Positions 1 to 12,366 are shown, counted from the stretch's first letter. The stretch: 64,000 bases of DNA from Eledone cirrhosa (GCA_964016885.1 OZ024741.1:186558001-186622000), one strand, 5' to 3'. A program made the numbers and translations. Notes: generated from the sequence alone by a model not told the origin.

Positions 1-412
1 AGAGAGAGAGAGAGATTATAACGTGGTTTGTTGCCACAGGTTTATGTTCCTGGCCTTCAATTGACTGGTACTGTTTATTTTTAAATCTTCTCTTACATAC
101 ATCATTGATATAACAATGTGACATTGAAACATAATTTGGTCTTATAATAAAGTTTAAACATATGGTAATCTTGTGAGAAAGCGCGCAAAAAAAATAATTA
201 AATGGCAAAATTACGCAAAATAACTTAAGATTCGTATAGAATTCAGTTGAACAGTAATTATAATGAGTTAATATTTTTGTAAAGCCATTTTTTTTGTACC
301 TGATTCCAAATATGTTATAAAGTTCTGGTGAATAAGATTGATATATATTGGCCACCCCAACCTAGTTATCATGTTTCCTGTATCTCTGACCACGCGAGTC
401 ATATTATTTTTT

Positions 413-651
413 TTTTATTGTATGTCGAACGTTACATATGATTCACACATGATTGGCTCAAAGTCTTTATCGATCTTGATAGACCTGATCTATTATCTAT
501 TATCGAGTTGCCCACCTGACGTGTGGACTCAAATAAAAATATTTTCATCTCTTGATAAGCAGATCGATAATGCAGTTATGTCTTTCAACGTCGATAAAGA
601 CCTCGAGCCCATCCTCTGTGAAATATATGTAATGTTTGATATGCAATAAAA
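413..651. repeat. Degenerate inverted repeat (arms ~67 bp)
   Basis: 413-479 (ttttattgtatgtcgaacgttacatatg...ctttatcgatcttga) is the approximate reverse complement of 585-651 (tcaacgtcgataaagac...gatatgcaataaaa). Confidence 0.6.
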
Positions 652-1070
652 GCATTTTAAGATAAAACTTAGTTATCTCATACATAATATATACAATCCG
701 CTATAGCATCGTGTGCTCAAAATGGTGTCATCTCCAAAATCAACAACATTACTGAATAACCTACATGGGTTTGAGTGCGCGCGCGTGTTTGTGTGTGTGT
801 TCGCGTGTGTGTGTGGGTGTACGTGTGTGTGTCTGTGTGTGTGTGGGTGGTATTTACGTTGGAATAATTGGGGAGTTGCAACCGAAAAGTGTTGGAATGA
901 CATCTGAAGTTTTGGCACTCAGTTGGTATTAGTTGTTCTAGGAACGGTGTGCAATGTTATTACAACTGACATATGTGTAGGTATAGCCAGCCTGTAATTA
1001 GGCGTCATCTCATAAGTGATCTATTGAGAAATTTAATTATATAATATATACATATATATCCATTTAAGGA

Positions 1071-1172
1071 ATTACCTCTTGAAAAGTTCGGTTATTTATT
1101 TACCACGCTAAAAATTCTAATTTCGTCCAGAAATAGCCATCCGAACGACTTGACCTCTGCCGTCGAGGTGAT
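1071..1172 (+). ncRNA. Degenerate hammerhead motif, U3-A8 core (family C, only copy with its 5' half)
   Basis: Helix I attacctc/gaggtgat; core TTGAAAA 1079-1085; helix II ggttattt/aaatagcc; GAAA decayed to CGAA; GUC triplet. Family C tail runs to 1257, then (TA)n. Confidence 0.5.
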
Positions 1173-1257
1173 ACATTTTCCCATTACCCACTCTACTAAT
1201 CTAAGTATTGAGTACTCTGGAGCCTTATGGTCCATCTGGTTTCTTACAACTCCTTCG

Positions 1258-1376
<119 letters not shown>

Positions 1377-1464
1377 GAGAGACACACACACACAGACATA
1401 TACACACGTGTTCATATACACATCTATTTATCTGTCTATATATTACTCTTCATCTTCCCTTTCT

Positions 1465-1527
<63 letters not shown>

Positions 1528-1947
1528 GTATATATATTCACACACACACACGCATACACACAGACACACACACACACACACATACACACATACACACATA
1601 CACACATACACACATATATATAACAATAGTGGTAATATTGAAAGATCATGTGATCAATGTAATTTATATGGAATAAAAAATTAAACTTTCATTAAAAGCA
1701 ACCGGTGTGTCGTACGAATGCAGGTGCACGAAATTAATTTAAATAATTAATAGAGAAAATGAAGACGTGTAAGACTATTTATCAAGGAGAAACAATTATT
1801 GCTCAGATTATAATATATAGTCATATCTCTATTTATTAATAATAATCATTAAGCGAAATTTGTACTGTCTTTATTTTATATATGCAAGACAAATAAAATG
1901 TCTTAATTTTCTTCACCTTACTTTTCTATTTATTATCATTATATATA

Positions 1948-2667
1948 CTAGCAGAAAAACCATTCTCGGGTGGTTTTCTGCTAGCATGTGTAGTGTGTAT
2001 ACGCAAGTATATATATACATGTAGATATGATACATCAAATAAAATGGAGATTGAGACTATGAACAGAAATTGAATGAAGACTTTGTTACACTATCTTATG
2101 TAATCAGTAACGTAATCCATGATACATTAAAAATAGACGATAGTATATATAAACTGCATTAGGAGAAAATGAGTATGTTTATTTAAGTGATCGCCACCGG
2201 AAGAGTTGACATCACACACTCTCTCTTTCTATATATATGGTAGTTGAAGTGGTGGTCGTGGCAACGATATACCGGAAGTGCAACTTTGAAAAGAAGTCAA
2301 TTTTAAAATATTTATTTTTACGAAATTATTTTTGTTTACGAAATTTAGTAGATAAATTATGTAATATTCATTCATTATTTATTACGTGGTCGATAAAATA
2401 AAGTACCAGTAATGCACTGGTTAATTGCTGGCCTTATGCCAAAAGTAGAAACAATTATTTATTCAAAGTAATCCCGCCGAGGTTAACTTTGCCTTTCATC
2501 CTTAAGGGGTCGTAAAATAAAGTACCAGTAATGTACTGAGTAATTGCTGGTCTTGTGCCTAAAGTAAAAACAATTATTTATTCAAAGTAATCCAACTTAT
2601 TTTACTAACGGGATGAAAAAAATAAACCGTACGCAGTCTCGCAGACCTTCCTTTATTATAGTTTAGA
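1948..2667 (-). mobile_element. Non-autonomous Helitron-like element, copy 1
   Basis: Minus strand starts A|TC and ends CTAG|T, with terminal hairpin ctagcagaaaaacca/tggttttctgctag; no TSD; homologous to 58959-59441. Confidence 0.7.
2384..2578 (+). mobile_element. Two 5'-truncated SINE copies nested in the Helitron
   Basis: SINE 3' halves (gtcgataaaataaagtaccag...gtagaaacaattatt); ttatttattcaaagtaatcc duplicated; empty site visible at ~59347-59366. Confidence 0.8.
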
Positions 2668-2690
2668 TTTATATTATTTATATATGTGTG

Positions 2691-2887
2691 TAAGGCTGGT
2701 CAATTGGCAGTATAGATAGAGGGTCGGACGCCATGCTTTGCAGAAAAGAGTTACGGCCCTTTATGGTCTGAGTTCAAATCCCGCCGAGGTTAACTTTGCC
2801 TTTCATCCTTACGGGGTCGATGAAATAAAATACCAGTAATGCACTGGCATAATTCCTGGCCTTGTGCCAAAAGTAGAAACAATTATT
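2691..2887 (+). mobile_element. tRNA-derived SINE, full length; central domain resembles Meta/MESC type
   Basis: A-box-like tggcagtatag, B box gagttcaaatcc at 2770, core gcctttcatccttacggggtcgat, attatt tail; many copies in window. Confidence 0.85.
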
Positions 2888-2891
2888 TATA

Positions 2892-2940
<49 letters not shown>

Positions 2941-3862
2941 TTGTCTGTCTGCTTGACTGTCATTGTGTATCTGTGCCTGTGAACGTCTACGCCTCTTAAC
3001 AACATTTGTCCGTTTATGTTCTCTAACTAAGCAATTCAACAAATAGTTTAAAGAAAATTAATTTGCGCAGGAATGTTATCAACTAAAATAAAATTTCGAG
3101 GAGATAGATTAGGAAAAATTTAAGAAGCAGGTCGTTTGGAATAAAAGTGGTGGGAGAAGAAACTGGCGATTATTCCAGACCCGAGAGTACACCCAATTCT
3201 GATGCCATTCCACAAAGTTATAGCGTCTTCCTGTTAACTCAAGTACAAAAACCTTACATTTATAGAGAAATAGATAAAAGTAATAGTTGTAGGTAATGGA
3301 CATTTTTATTGTTATTAATTTTTTTATAATGTTTTGTAATTGTTATTGTATCCATAAATTTTCATTTAATTGTATCCGTTAATTGATTTCGTTTATTATA
3401 TATTCATGAGTATACGTATTCCTATTTGTGAATGTATGCATACGTATGTGTATATATATACATACATTTATTTTTATTCTTATGTGACGGTATTTTTATT
3501 ATTATATTTTTTCTTATAATTAATTGTGTGCGTGCGTATGTAGGTGTGTGTACATATATCTATATTTGTGTATGCGTATGTATGCGTGTATATATGTGGG
3601 TATATATGTGTGTGTATGTACGTCTGTATATATGTATGATTATGTGTATGTATATATGTATATATATAGGTGTATATATAGGTGTGTTTATAAATATATA
3701 TATATATATACATGTGTGTGTGTGTGTTTGTGTATTTGTGTGTATGAGTATGTATGGATATGTTGATATATATGTGTGCATGTATGTATATGTATATGTA
3801 TGTGTATTTGTACGTGTATGTATATGTATATGTATGTGTATTTGTCCGTGTATGTATATGTG

Positions 3863-3903
<41 letters not shown>

Positions 3904-4078
3904 ATATGTATGTGTGTATATATGTGTATGTATATATGCGTGTGTATGTAATTGTGTGTGTATGTGTGTGTGTGCATGTGTGTTTATTTTTCCTTTCCTT
4001 CTTCCTTTTCCAGCCTCACTTTCATATAGATTATATTTTTGTTTTTAAAATCCAATGTCAATAAATACACCGGGATTT

Positions 4079-4139
4079 TTTCATTCTGATGATTGAAAGC
4101 AAAAAATGTTTGCTTTCAAGAAACCACTGGTAAATGAAA
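4079..4139 (+). ncRNA. Type I hammerhead ribozyme (complete)
   Basis: Helix I tttcatt/aatgaaa (7 bp); CTGATGA 4086-4092; helix II ttgaaagcaaa/tttgctttcaa (11 bp perfect); GAAA 4120-4123; helix III ACCACTGGT; GUA triplet, cleavage after 4132. Confidence 0.85.
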
Positions 4140-4168
4140 TAATTGCCTTATGTTGTTTATTACATAAC

Positions 4169-4273
<105 letters not shown>

Positions 4274-4274
4274 G

Positions 4275-4326
<52 letters not shown>

Positions 4327-4419
4327 TGTATATATATATAGTATGTGTATATATATATAGATATATGTATATATATACACATACATAATATATATATATA
4401 AATATATACACATACATAG

Positions 4420-4451
<32 letters not shown>

Positions 4452-5610
4452 CACACACACCCTCATACATATATATATATATATATATATATTCAGAGAA
4501 AGAGAGAGGGAGAGAGGGAGAGGGGGTAGATTGATAGAGATTGATAGATTGATCGATAGATAGTTGCATATCATGTTCATGAATATAGATTATATGACAT
4601 ATATGAACCTATTTTTATATTGCATGATCGTATATTCCATTATATTGTATTGTGATGTATTTTATACAGTATATTATATGTATTTTATTTATTATATCAT
4701 ATAATGTAAATATTATGAAGCATTTACATACTGTAATCAATGTCATATATGGTTTATATAATACGTATATTGTAGTTTTATTGCATATTTTATGCTTATA
4801 TGTGAGTGTGGTGTATGCATGTATATATATATGTATGTATATATGTATATATGTATGTATGTAAATATGTATGTGTGTGTGTGTGTGTGTGTGTGTTCGT
4901 ACGTGTGTTTGTATGTGTGAGTGTAATGTATTTTATAAGATATTTTTTACTGTATTTTGTATACTATTCAATTTCATATGTTTTATTGTATATTCTCTTA
5001 TATAGTATATTATATCACGAGAAAACATGATAAAGAAAAAAATGAAAGTAGATTTGAAATTATTATTAAACAAAAATATTTTCGTTTTTGATTGGGTTTT
5101 TTTTTCATGGAACCCTGCATTTGCAATGGTGGGTACTGCGTCTTATGTTCTGCAAATGTCAACTACGGTAAATGCAAACCATTCTGTTAACCAACCAAAT
5201 AATCAAGAATCTTATTTTAACTCTGAATTCTGAGTGGAGGAAAATATCCTGTAAAATATCTCGTCTCACCCTTTAAAAATTCTGCCCATACACCGCCTTC
5301 AATTTAATAATACATTAAATTTCATAATACTGTAATACTGTAATGGCACTGAAAAGATGAGAAGCAAAATTTACTTCGGTACGTTTCGAACACATTGAAG
5401 AGATATCCTAAGAAACTAGTACAAGTTCCAACCTTCTGATACTCTGCCAGTTTATTACCACACTATACAATAAGTAGAACCCGGTGAGTATGGAAATAAA
5501 CAGATCAGCGAACTTCAGTTGTTCAAACCTGTGGGTGCAGATGCATTTAATATGCTTTCTTTTCGATATAATTATATATATATATATAGAGAGAGAGAGA
5601 GAAAAAGAAT

Positions 5611-5725
5611 GAAATGAAATGAAATTTCTCACTCTTAGTACGGTTGATACTTAAATATCAGTATGTATACGTACATACATATATGTATACAGACATACAG
5701 TAGCATGTATATATATACATACATG

Positions 5726-5764
<39 letters not shown>

Positions 5765-6222
5765 ACGTATGGGTTTACCGAACATTTATTATAATGTTCG
5801 GTTTGTTTGTAAACAAACAGCCCGAATTAAGCCGTACTGTGTTCGGCAACCATCGTTGCCATTTTGTTCAACACTGACAAAGGAACGATGAACTAGTTTC
5901 AAGCTTATTAGCTATCGTCAGCACCGTATAACTTCCTGTCAGATGACTGAACGTTTGAAAGTATATACTTTCCTTATGCATATTAACGGCTGAGCAGCCT
6001 AATTAAGCCGGACAGTGTTCGGCAACCATCGCTGCCATTTTGTACAACATTATATATATATGTACTTAATTCGGGCTGTTTGTTTACAAACAAACCGAAC
6101 ATTATAATAAATGTTCGGTAAAACCATACGTACATATATATATATATGTGTGTGTGTATGTATATATATACATACTACTGTACGTCTGTATACATATATT
6201 TATGTACGTGTACATACTGATA
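5611..6222 (-). mobile_element. Diverged copy of the 476-bp HHR repeat family, with inverted partial copy
   Basis: Collinear similarity to 10795-12218; inverted segment 6063-6222. Confidence 0.8.
5884..5928 (-). ncRNA. Type I hammerhead ribozyme (retrozyme family, diverged copy)
   Basis: Minus strand: acggtg CTGACGA tagctaataagctt GAAA ctag TT catcgt. Confidence 0.75.
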
Positions 6223-6279
6223 TATATATATATATATATGTTTGTGTGTGTGTGTATGTATGTATATGCATGTATATAG

Positions 6280-6411
<132 letters not shown>

Positions 6412-7015
6412 ATGTGTGTGCGTGTGTGTGTGTATGCATATATATATTTCGCGTTTCCTCTATATAATGCGATCAACTTAATATCTAGAAATCAGACCCA
6501 AAGAACAATTTTATATTGAATTGCGAAAAAAAATTATATTGGTGCAATAACAAGTCTGTGAAAAGGATGTTACTAAAGGCGGTAGCTCCCAGGCATCTAA
6601 GAACTAATATATGCATTTCATTACCTGCGGGCTTTGAAACGACAGCGTATGCTTGGCGAACACAAACAATTGTAATTATTAATTGTGTTAGCCCGATGAA
6701 GGTGTGTGCCTACATGCTCTATTGTTTAAATATGATTATATAATTTAAAGGAGAATAGTTTAAAACACGATAGTTACATTAATAGTTCACATTATTGTTA
6801 TTTAAATCATGTAAAAGATCACCAGTATATGCATCATAATAAGTATGGATGTGCAAAAGAGATATATACCTTATAGTTCAGAACTGAATCCTAAGCTTAT
6901 TGACTTTGCAATGATATTACTTTAGTTCTTTACAAAATATGACTGTAATCGGACGTCAATGTTATTCGACCTTGAACGTGTAGCTGCTTCACTTGCTTTT
7001 TTCATTGCTCATCTA

Positions 7016-7353
7016 CAGGGTAGGCCAGAATTCCTGACTCGCTTGATTATTTATTGATCTATTAACACAAAATGTTATAAAACAAGTTAAGGAAATATAC
7101 AGGCATAAGATCATGAACAAGATACGGTGATCACACAAATGTACACATTTAATTAATGCGCTGCTTAGTTAAAACGTTTTTCCAAGCTTAGCAAAAATTG
7201 TGCCATGGTTAATCAAATTTAGAAAAAATAAATTAAATAATCTGTGAGGCATATTAAGAAATAAAATAATAAATCAAAACAATACAATAACAATAAAATA
7301 AGCGTGTTAAGAAATATAACTAACAAGCGAGTCATGAATTCTGGCCCACCCTG
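7016..7353. mobile_element. Tc1/mariner-type MITE
   Basis: 30-bp TIRs cagggtaggccagaattcctgactcgcttg / caagcgagtcatgaattctggcccaccctg; TA on both sides (7014-7015, 7354-7355); no ORF. Confidence 0.85.
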
Positions 7354-7418
7354 TATATTCTATATGTTGATAATGCCAATTCTAAATTGCCAATTGCCAA
7401 TTGCTAAATTCTATTCCT

Positions 7419-7551
7419 CTTAATGAACCTGATGATACGTAGATGGTTTGTATATTGTGCAAATAATCATTAATAAGTTGTAACTGATTGATTCGTTGTT
7501 TGTATATACATGCCAGCTTATCAATTGTATAGAAACGATTGTAGGTATTAA
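7419..7551 (+). ncRNA. Hammerhead-like motif with long helix II domain (decayed)
   Basis: CTGATGA 7429; tggtttgtatat/atatacatgcca; GAAA 7532, cgattg, TA; helix I interrupted. Confidence 0.45.
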
Positions 7552-7756
7552 AGATGGATTTAATTTTAAAATCTTGTTCTCTTCACTTTAAATATTTATG
7601 CCCTGCTACTCTCACCGTCCTCAACAACAAGAAATTTAACCTGCCAAACACTGTTTCGATTGTTTTGAATTCCTTACGTGCTGAGGACATTAAGTGAACA
7701 TTGAGCTTTTCTCACCTTACTAAAATTTATTAGTGGAATATTCCATTATAATCACT

Positions 7757-7916
<160 letters not shown>

Positions 7917-8030
7917 GGAGGTGAGTTTTATTGTAGTACAATAAAGCAATGCAGATATCGGATAAGAAGCACCCTACAGTTAAAACTGCACTATCCACAA
8001 GTGTTTTTTAGCCTTCATATCATGTTCTCC

Positions 8031-8101
8031 TGTTTTATCTGATGAAAACACAAATATTATTGCATGATGATGTTTGTTTTTGAAATGCGCATAATAAAAT
8101 A
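8031..8101 (+). ncRNA. Type I hammerhead ribozyme (family B)
   Basis: Helix I tgttttat/ataaaata; CTGATGA 8039; ~12-bp helix II; GAAA 8082; helix III palindrome ATGCGCAT; AUA triplet. Host element ~7913-8135 lies between (TA)n tracts, with inverted tail. Confidence 0.8.
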
Positions 8102-8131
8102 CATGGAACTCCTTTAACCATCTTTTGATCT

Positions 8132-8176
<45 letters not shown>

Positions 8177-8235
8177 TGTAAGTGATTATAATGGAATATT
8201 CCACTAATAAATTTTAGTAAGCTGAGAAAAAAAAA

Positions 8236-8317
<82 letters not shown>

Positions 8318-8390
8318 AGATGGTTCAGTATGTCTGAAGAAAATTGGTGAGCGTGCCAAGTTCAGCAATCGATGCAGAGCTGTGTATATA

Positions 8391-8802
8391 ATAAGAACAA
8401 AGTAGAGATGCTACATAACAGATTTATTGCTCAATCCTCGTCACAAATGTTTCCCAAACAGCTGGCTCGTGATCCAGCTTCTCGTTCCAGACCAGATTCC
8501 AAATTTGCCTGATCCTCAGACCAGTGTTATCACAACAAAAACCACATCGAGTATGTGAACAAAATAGCCAAACACAAACAAATGTAGAAAAGGTCCAATC
8601 ACGAGCCTAGAATTCACCAGACGCGTGTATCCCAAACAGTACAAGAGTACAACCGACTTTTTTTGTTTAATTTATATCGGTTGTTTTCTGCTAATGTTTA
8701 GGATACGTCAACCCAGATCACGAGCCAGCTGTTTGTGAAAGATTTGTAACCAAGATTGAGCAATTAATCTATGTAACACCTCTACTTTGTTGTTGTTCTT
8801 CT
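8391..8802. repeat. Old fold-back element with decayed hammerhead (8437-8524, minus)
   Basis: Arms ~8391-8475 and ~8715-8802; minus strand tggt CTGAGGA ... GAAA catttg TG; other arm GAAA gatttg TA acca. Confidence 0.55.
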
Positions 8803-8841
8803 TATATAAATATATGTGTGCGTGTGTGTGTTTGTGTGTTT

Positions 8842-8880
<39 letters not shown>

Positions 8881-8899
8881 TGTGTGTCTGTGTGTCTGT

Positions 8900-8981
<82 letters not shown>

Positions 8982-10462
8982 GTGTGTGTGTGGTTGTTAG
9001 TCTGTGTATTCACCGCCATCAATCTTGTTGCTCGAGCTCTTTGTACTAAGTCACAAAGAACATGAAAATATGGCAATGATGTGCAACATCAGAGTAAAAC
9101 ATTATTAGGTGGTAAACTCCTGATATATATCGAAGTTATTTTCTGTATCTTGGTGTTGATTTAGGTATTGGACTTTGCTATTAGTAAAGATTACAAAGCT
9201 ACTTTTCTCTTTTTTATTAGTTTGTAAATTTCAATCTAAAACTGTATTGTTATCAACTAATGTTTTTTTTCTGATCTATTATTTCGTGTTTTGTATTTCT
9301 GTATTATAAAGTGTTTTGATGGCTCCTTATAGTTCCTGCATAAATAACCGAGGATTAGGTTGTGATCTTGTATGTCTGATGTTTCAGTTTATGCTGTAAT
9401 TTTAAAACGCCATTGTTACCTTGAAATGTGTATATTACAATAGTTCTACATTCTGTTGTTTGATAATTACTGGCAATGCTTTCCTGTGAAATATTTTCAA
9501 AGTTTCTTGTACCTAATCATGAATTTGAGATTGAGTTTATGCATGTAGTCTTCGCTTTTATGAGTTATTTAGTAACTTACTCATTAATGCTGTAACTGGG
9601 TCGAGATTGGATCTTATAAAATACAGTATGAGTTATTTATGGATTTTCTTGAATGCAGCAACAATTTTATCAGTGAAGGTGAATTTGTTCTAGAATTGTT
9701 ATATAACAAGGCTTATTGATCAATTGGTGTATATTTGATTTACACGTAAGATTTCCTCATTTAAATTCTATAACTAAATCTATTTTAATATATGTATAAG
9801 GAGGATTTAGATCTGAATCTATAAATAAATTTCTGCGATTCTGTCACAATACGTAAGGAGAAAGGTGTAGTTTGACTACCTCATACTACTCCTCTCTCTC
9901 TTTACGTCTGCTGCCTGCGTGAATGCATGTGTGTGTAAACGAAGGAAGGGAATAGAGAAAAACCTATGCTGTGTGAATGTATGTGTGTATTTGTGTGAAC
10001 GTATATGAGTGTTTATGTGGATGTATGTGTGTGTTTGTGTGAATGTATGTCTGTGAGTGTGTATTTTTGTAAGTGTGTCTGTGTTTGCACGTTTATATTT
10101 ATATACTCATACATATAAATGTATGCATATGCACATACCCACACGCATACACACACATACACCTACGCGCATTGTCAAAAAATTCTAGTATTTTATAAAT
10201 ATAGGATATTCCTTATCTGCGTGCATAGATCGGCAGTGGTTAAGAATTTTATGTAAGATGATTTGCTATATTTGTTTACTTTTATTCTAACATTCTAACA
10301 TTCTAACATTCTAACATTCATATATATATTATGTAAAAGTTCTATTTAAATTGTTGGGATAAAACAAGCAAATATTTTTATAACTGATATAAAGCACTCA
10401 ACAAATAATTGGAGTAAAAATACAATATTAACAAATGGAAACTATATTTATAAAATCATATT

Positions 10463-10527
10463 TATTTCATTATACATATTTCAAGGACACCAAGTTAAAT
10501 TATGGCGTGCTTTCATCAGATAAAATA
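10463..10527 (-). ncRNA. Type I hammerhead ribozyme (family A)
   Basis: tattttat CTGATGA aagcacgcca..tggtgtcctt GAAA tatgta TA atgaaata. Confidence 0.75.
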
Positions 10528-10626
10528 TAATATAGAGCAGTTTTATAAATTAATATTGACATACCCTTAAAGAATGCAACCATTAAAGGGTATGTCAATA
10601 TTTATTTATAAAACTGCTCTATATTA

Positions 10627-10691
10627 TATTTTATCTGATGAAAGCACACCATTATTTAACTTGGTGTCCTTGAAATATGTATAATGAAATA
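10627..10691 (+). ncRNA. Type I hammerhead ribozyme (family A)
   Basis: Helix I tattttat/atgaaata; CTGATGA 10635; helix II aagcacacca/tggtgtcctt; GAAA 10672; helix III AUAUGUAU self-complementary with G-U; AUA triplet. Confidence 0.78.
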
Positions 10692-10727
10692 AATATGGTT
10701 TTATAAATATAGTTTCCATTTGTTAAT

Positions 10728-10792
<65 letters not shown>

Positions 10793-11039
10793 AAGTAAGT
10801 ATGCATGTATACGTACATACATATATGTATACAGACGTACAGTAGCATGCACATATATATATATATATACATATATATATACATATGCATACAGGTACAC
10901 ATACATATATGCACGTATCAGTTTAGCGGCGCTTATTATAACGTCGCTTTGTTCGTTTGTAAACAAACTGAACAGCCTGAATTTATGCCATACGGTGTTA
11001 AGGCAACCACGTCACCTTTTTGTTCAACACTGACACAGG

Positions 11040-11084
11040 AACGATGTACTAGTTTCAAGCTTGTTAGCTATCATCAGCACCGTT
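11040..11084 (-). ncRNA. Type I hammerhead ribozyme (retrozyme unit 1)
   Basis: Minus strand: aacggtg CTGATGA tagctaacaagctt GAAA ctag TA catcgtt. Confidence 0.85.
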
Positions 11085-11515
11085 TACCCATCTGCCAGAT
11101 AGTTGAACGTTCGAAAGTATATACTTTCCTTATGAAAATTAACGGCTGAGCAGCCTAATTTGCATATTGAGTGAGTTAAATCGGTCAGGCATACCGAAAA
11201 CGATAAATTGAAACAAAATGAAAACGAAATTTCATTTCTCACTCTTAGTATGGCACTTACTTAAATGTAAGTATGCATGTATACGTACATACATATATGT
11301 ATACAGACGTACAGTAGCATGCACATATATATATATATATATATACATATATATATACATATGCATACAGGTACACATACATATATGCACGTATCAGTTT
11401 AGCGGCGCTTATTATAACGTCGCTTTGTTCGTTTGTAAACAAACTGAACAGCCTGAATTTATGCCATACGGTGTTAAGGCAACCACGTCACCTTTTTGTT
11501 CAACACTGACACAGG

Positions 11516-11560
11516 AACGATGTACTAGTTTCAAGCTTGTTAGCTATCATCAGCACCGTT
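11516..11560 (-). ncRNA. Type I hammerhead ribozyme (retrozyme unit 2)
   Basis: Identical to 11040-11084, 476 bp away. Confidence 0.85.
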
Positions 11561-11862
11561 TACCCATCTGCCAGATAGTTGAACGTTCGAAAGTATATAC
11601 TTTCCTTATGAAAATTAACGGCTGAGCAGCCTAATTTGCATATTGAGTGAGTTAAATCGGTCAGGCATACCGAAAACGATAAATTGAAACAAAAACAAAA
11701 AGAAATGAGAAATGAAATTTCGTTTTCATTTTGTTTCAATTTATCGTTTTCGGTATGCCTGACCGATTTAGCTCACTCAATATGCAAATTAGGCTGCTCA
11801 GCCGTTAATTTTCATAAGGAAAGTATATACTTTCGAACGTTCAACTATCTGGCAGATGGGTA

Positions 11863-11907
11863 AACGGTGCTGATGATAGCTAACAAGCTTGAAACTAGTA
11901 CATCGTT
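11863..11907 (+). ncRNA. Type I hammerhead ribozyme (inverted retrozyme unit)
   Basis: Helix I aacggtg/catcgtt; CTGATGA 11870; helix II agct/agct closed by U.U; GAAA 11891; helix III ACTAGT palindrome; GUA, cleavage after 11900. Confidence 0.85.
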
Positions 11908-12212
11908 CCTGTGTCAGTGTTGAACAAAAAGGTGACGTGGTTGCCTTAACACCGTATGGCATAAATTCAGGCTGTTCAGTTTGTTTACAAACGAACAAAG
12001 CGACGTTATAATAAGCGCCGCTAAACTGATACGTGCATATATGTATGTGTACCTGTATGCATATGTATATATATATGTATATATATATATATATATGTGC
12101 ATGCTACTGTACGTCTGTATACATATATGTATGTACGTATACATGCATACTTACATTTAAGTAAGTGCCATACTAAGAGTGAGAAATGAAATTTCGTTTT
12201 CATTTTGTTTCA

Positions 12213-12257
<45 letters not shown>

Positions 12258-12366
12258 GATATATATAGTGCATATTAGATATTAGATTCAGTGAATTACT
12301 GGTGGTGGTACGAAAACGAGCATTCGATGTACAGGTAGAGTGTATATATTAATAAAAACGATGGGG

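Larger units (their letters stand above)
10330..10733. mobile_element. Family A fold-back element (PLE terminal-repeat-like)
   Basis: Near-perfect inverted arms 10421-10570 and 10584-10733; extra tail 10330-10420; (TA)n flanks; homologues at 14.7, 18.1, 47.3 and 49.5 kb. Confidence 0.85.
10795..12218. mobile_element. Candidate non-LTR retrozyme: ~476-bp unit, 1.9 tandem copies plus 1.08 inverted copy
   Basis: Near-identical units 10795-11266 and 11267-11694, inverted unit 11706-12218; one HHR per unit; no protein ORF; (TA)n on both sides. Confidence 0.8.

Noticed and set aside
338-649. 103-aa ORF
   Set aside because: Non-ATG start, no recognisable motif, overlaps a decayed inverted repeat
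2691-2790. tRNA gene
   Set aside because: A and B boxes belong to a multicopy SINE head; no cloverleaf
5395-5424. TTGAAGA...GAAACTAGTA pseudo-hammerhead
   Set aside because: Helix I and helix II do not pair
9060-9810. Possible very old PLE RT relic on the minus strand (EDYMHKL, EL*GAIKTL)
   Set aside because: Motifs too short and degraded to call by eye
10805-11998. Three repeated ORFs ...QFSGAYYNVALFVCKQ...
   Set aside because: Antisense to the HHR strand, start in or near microsatellite, no domain similarity, and disrupted in the 5.8-kb copy
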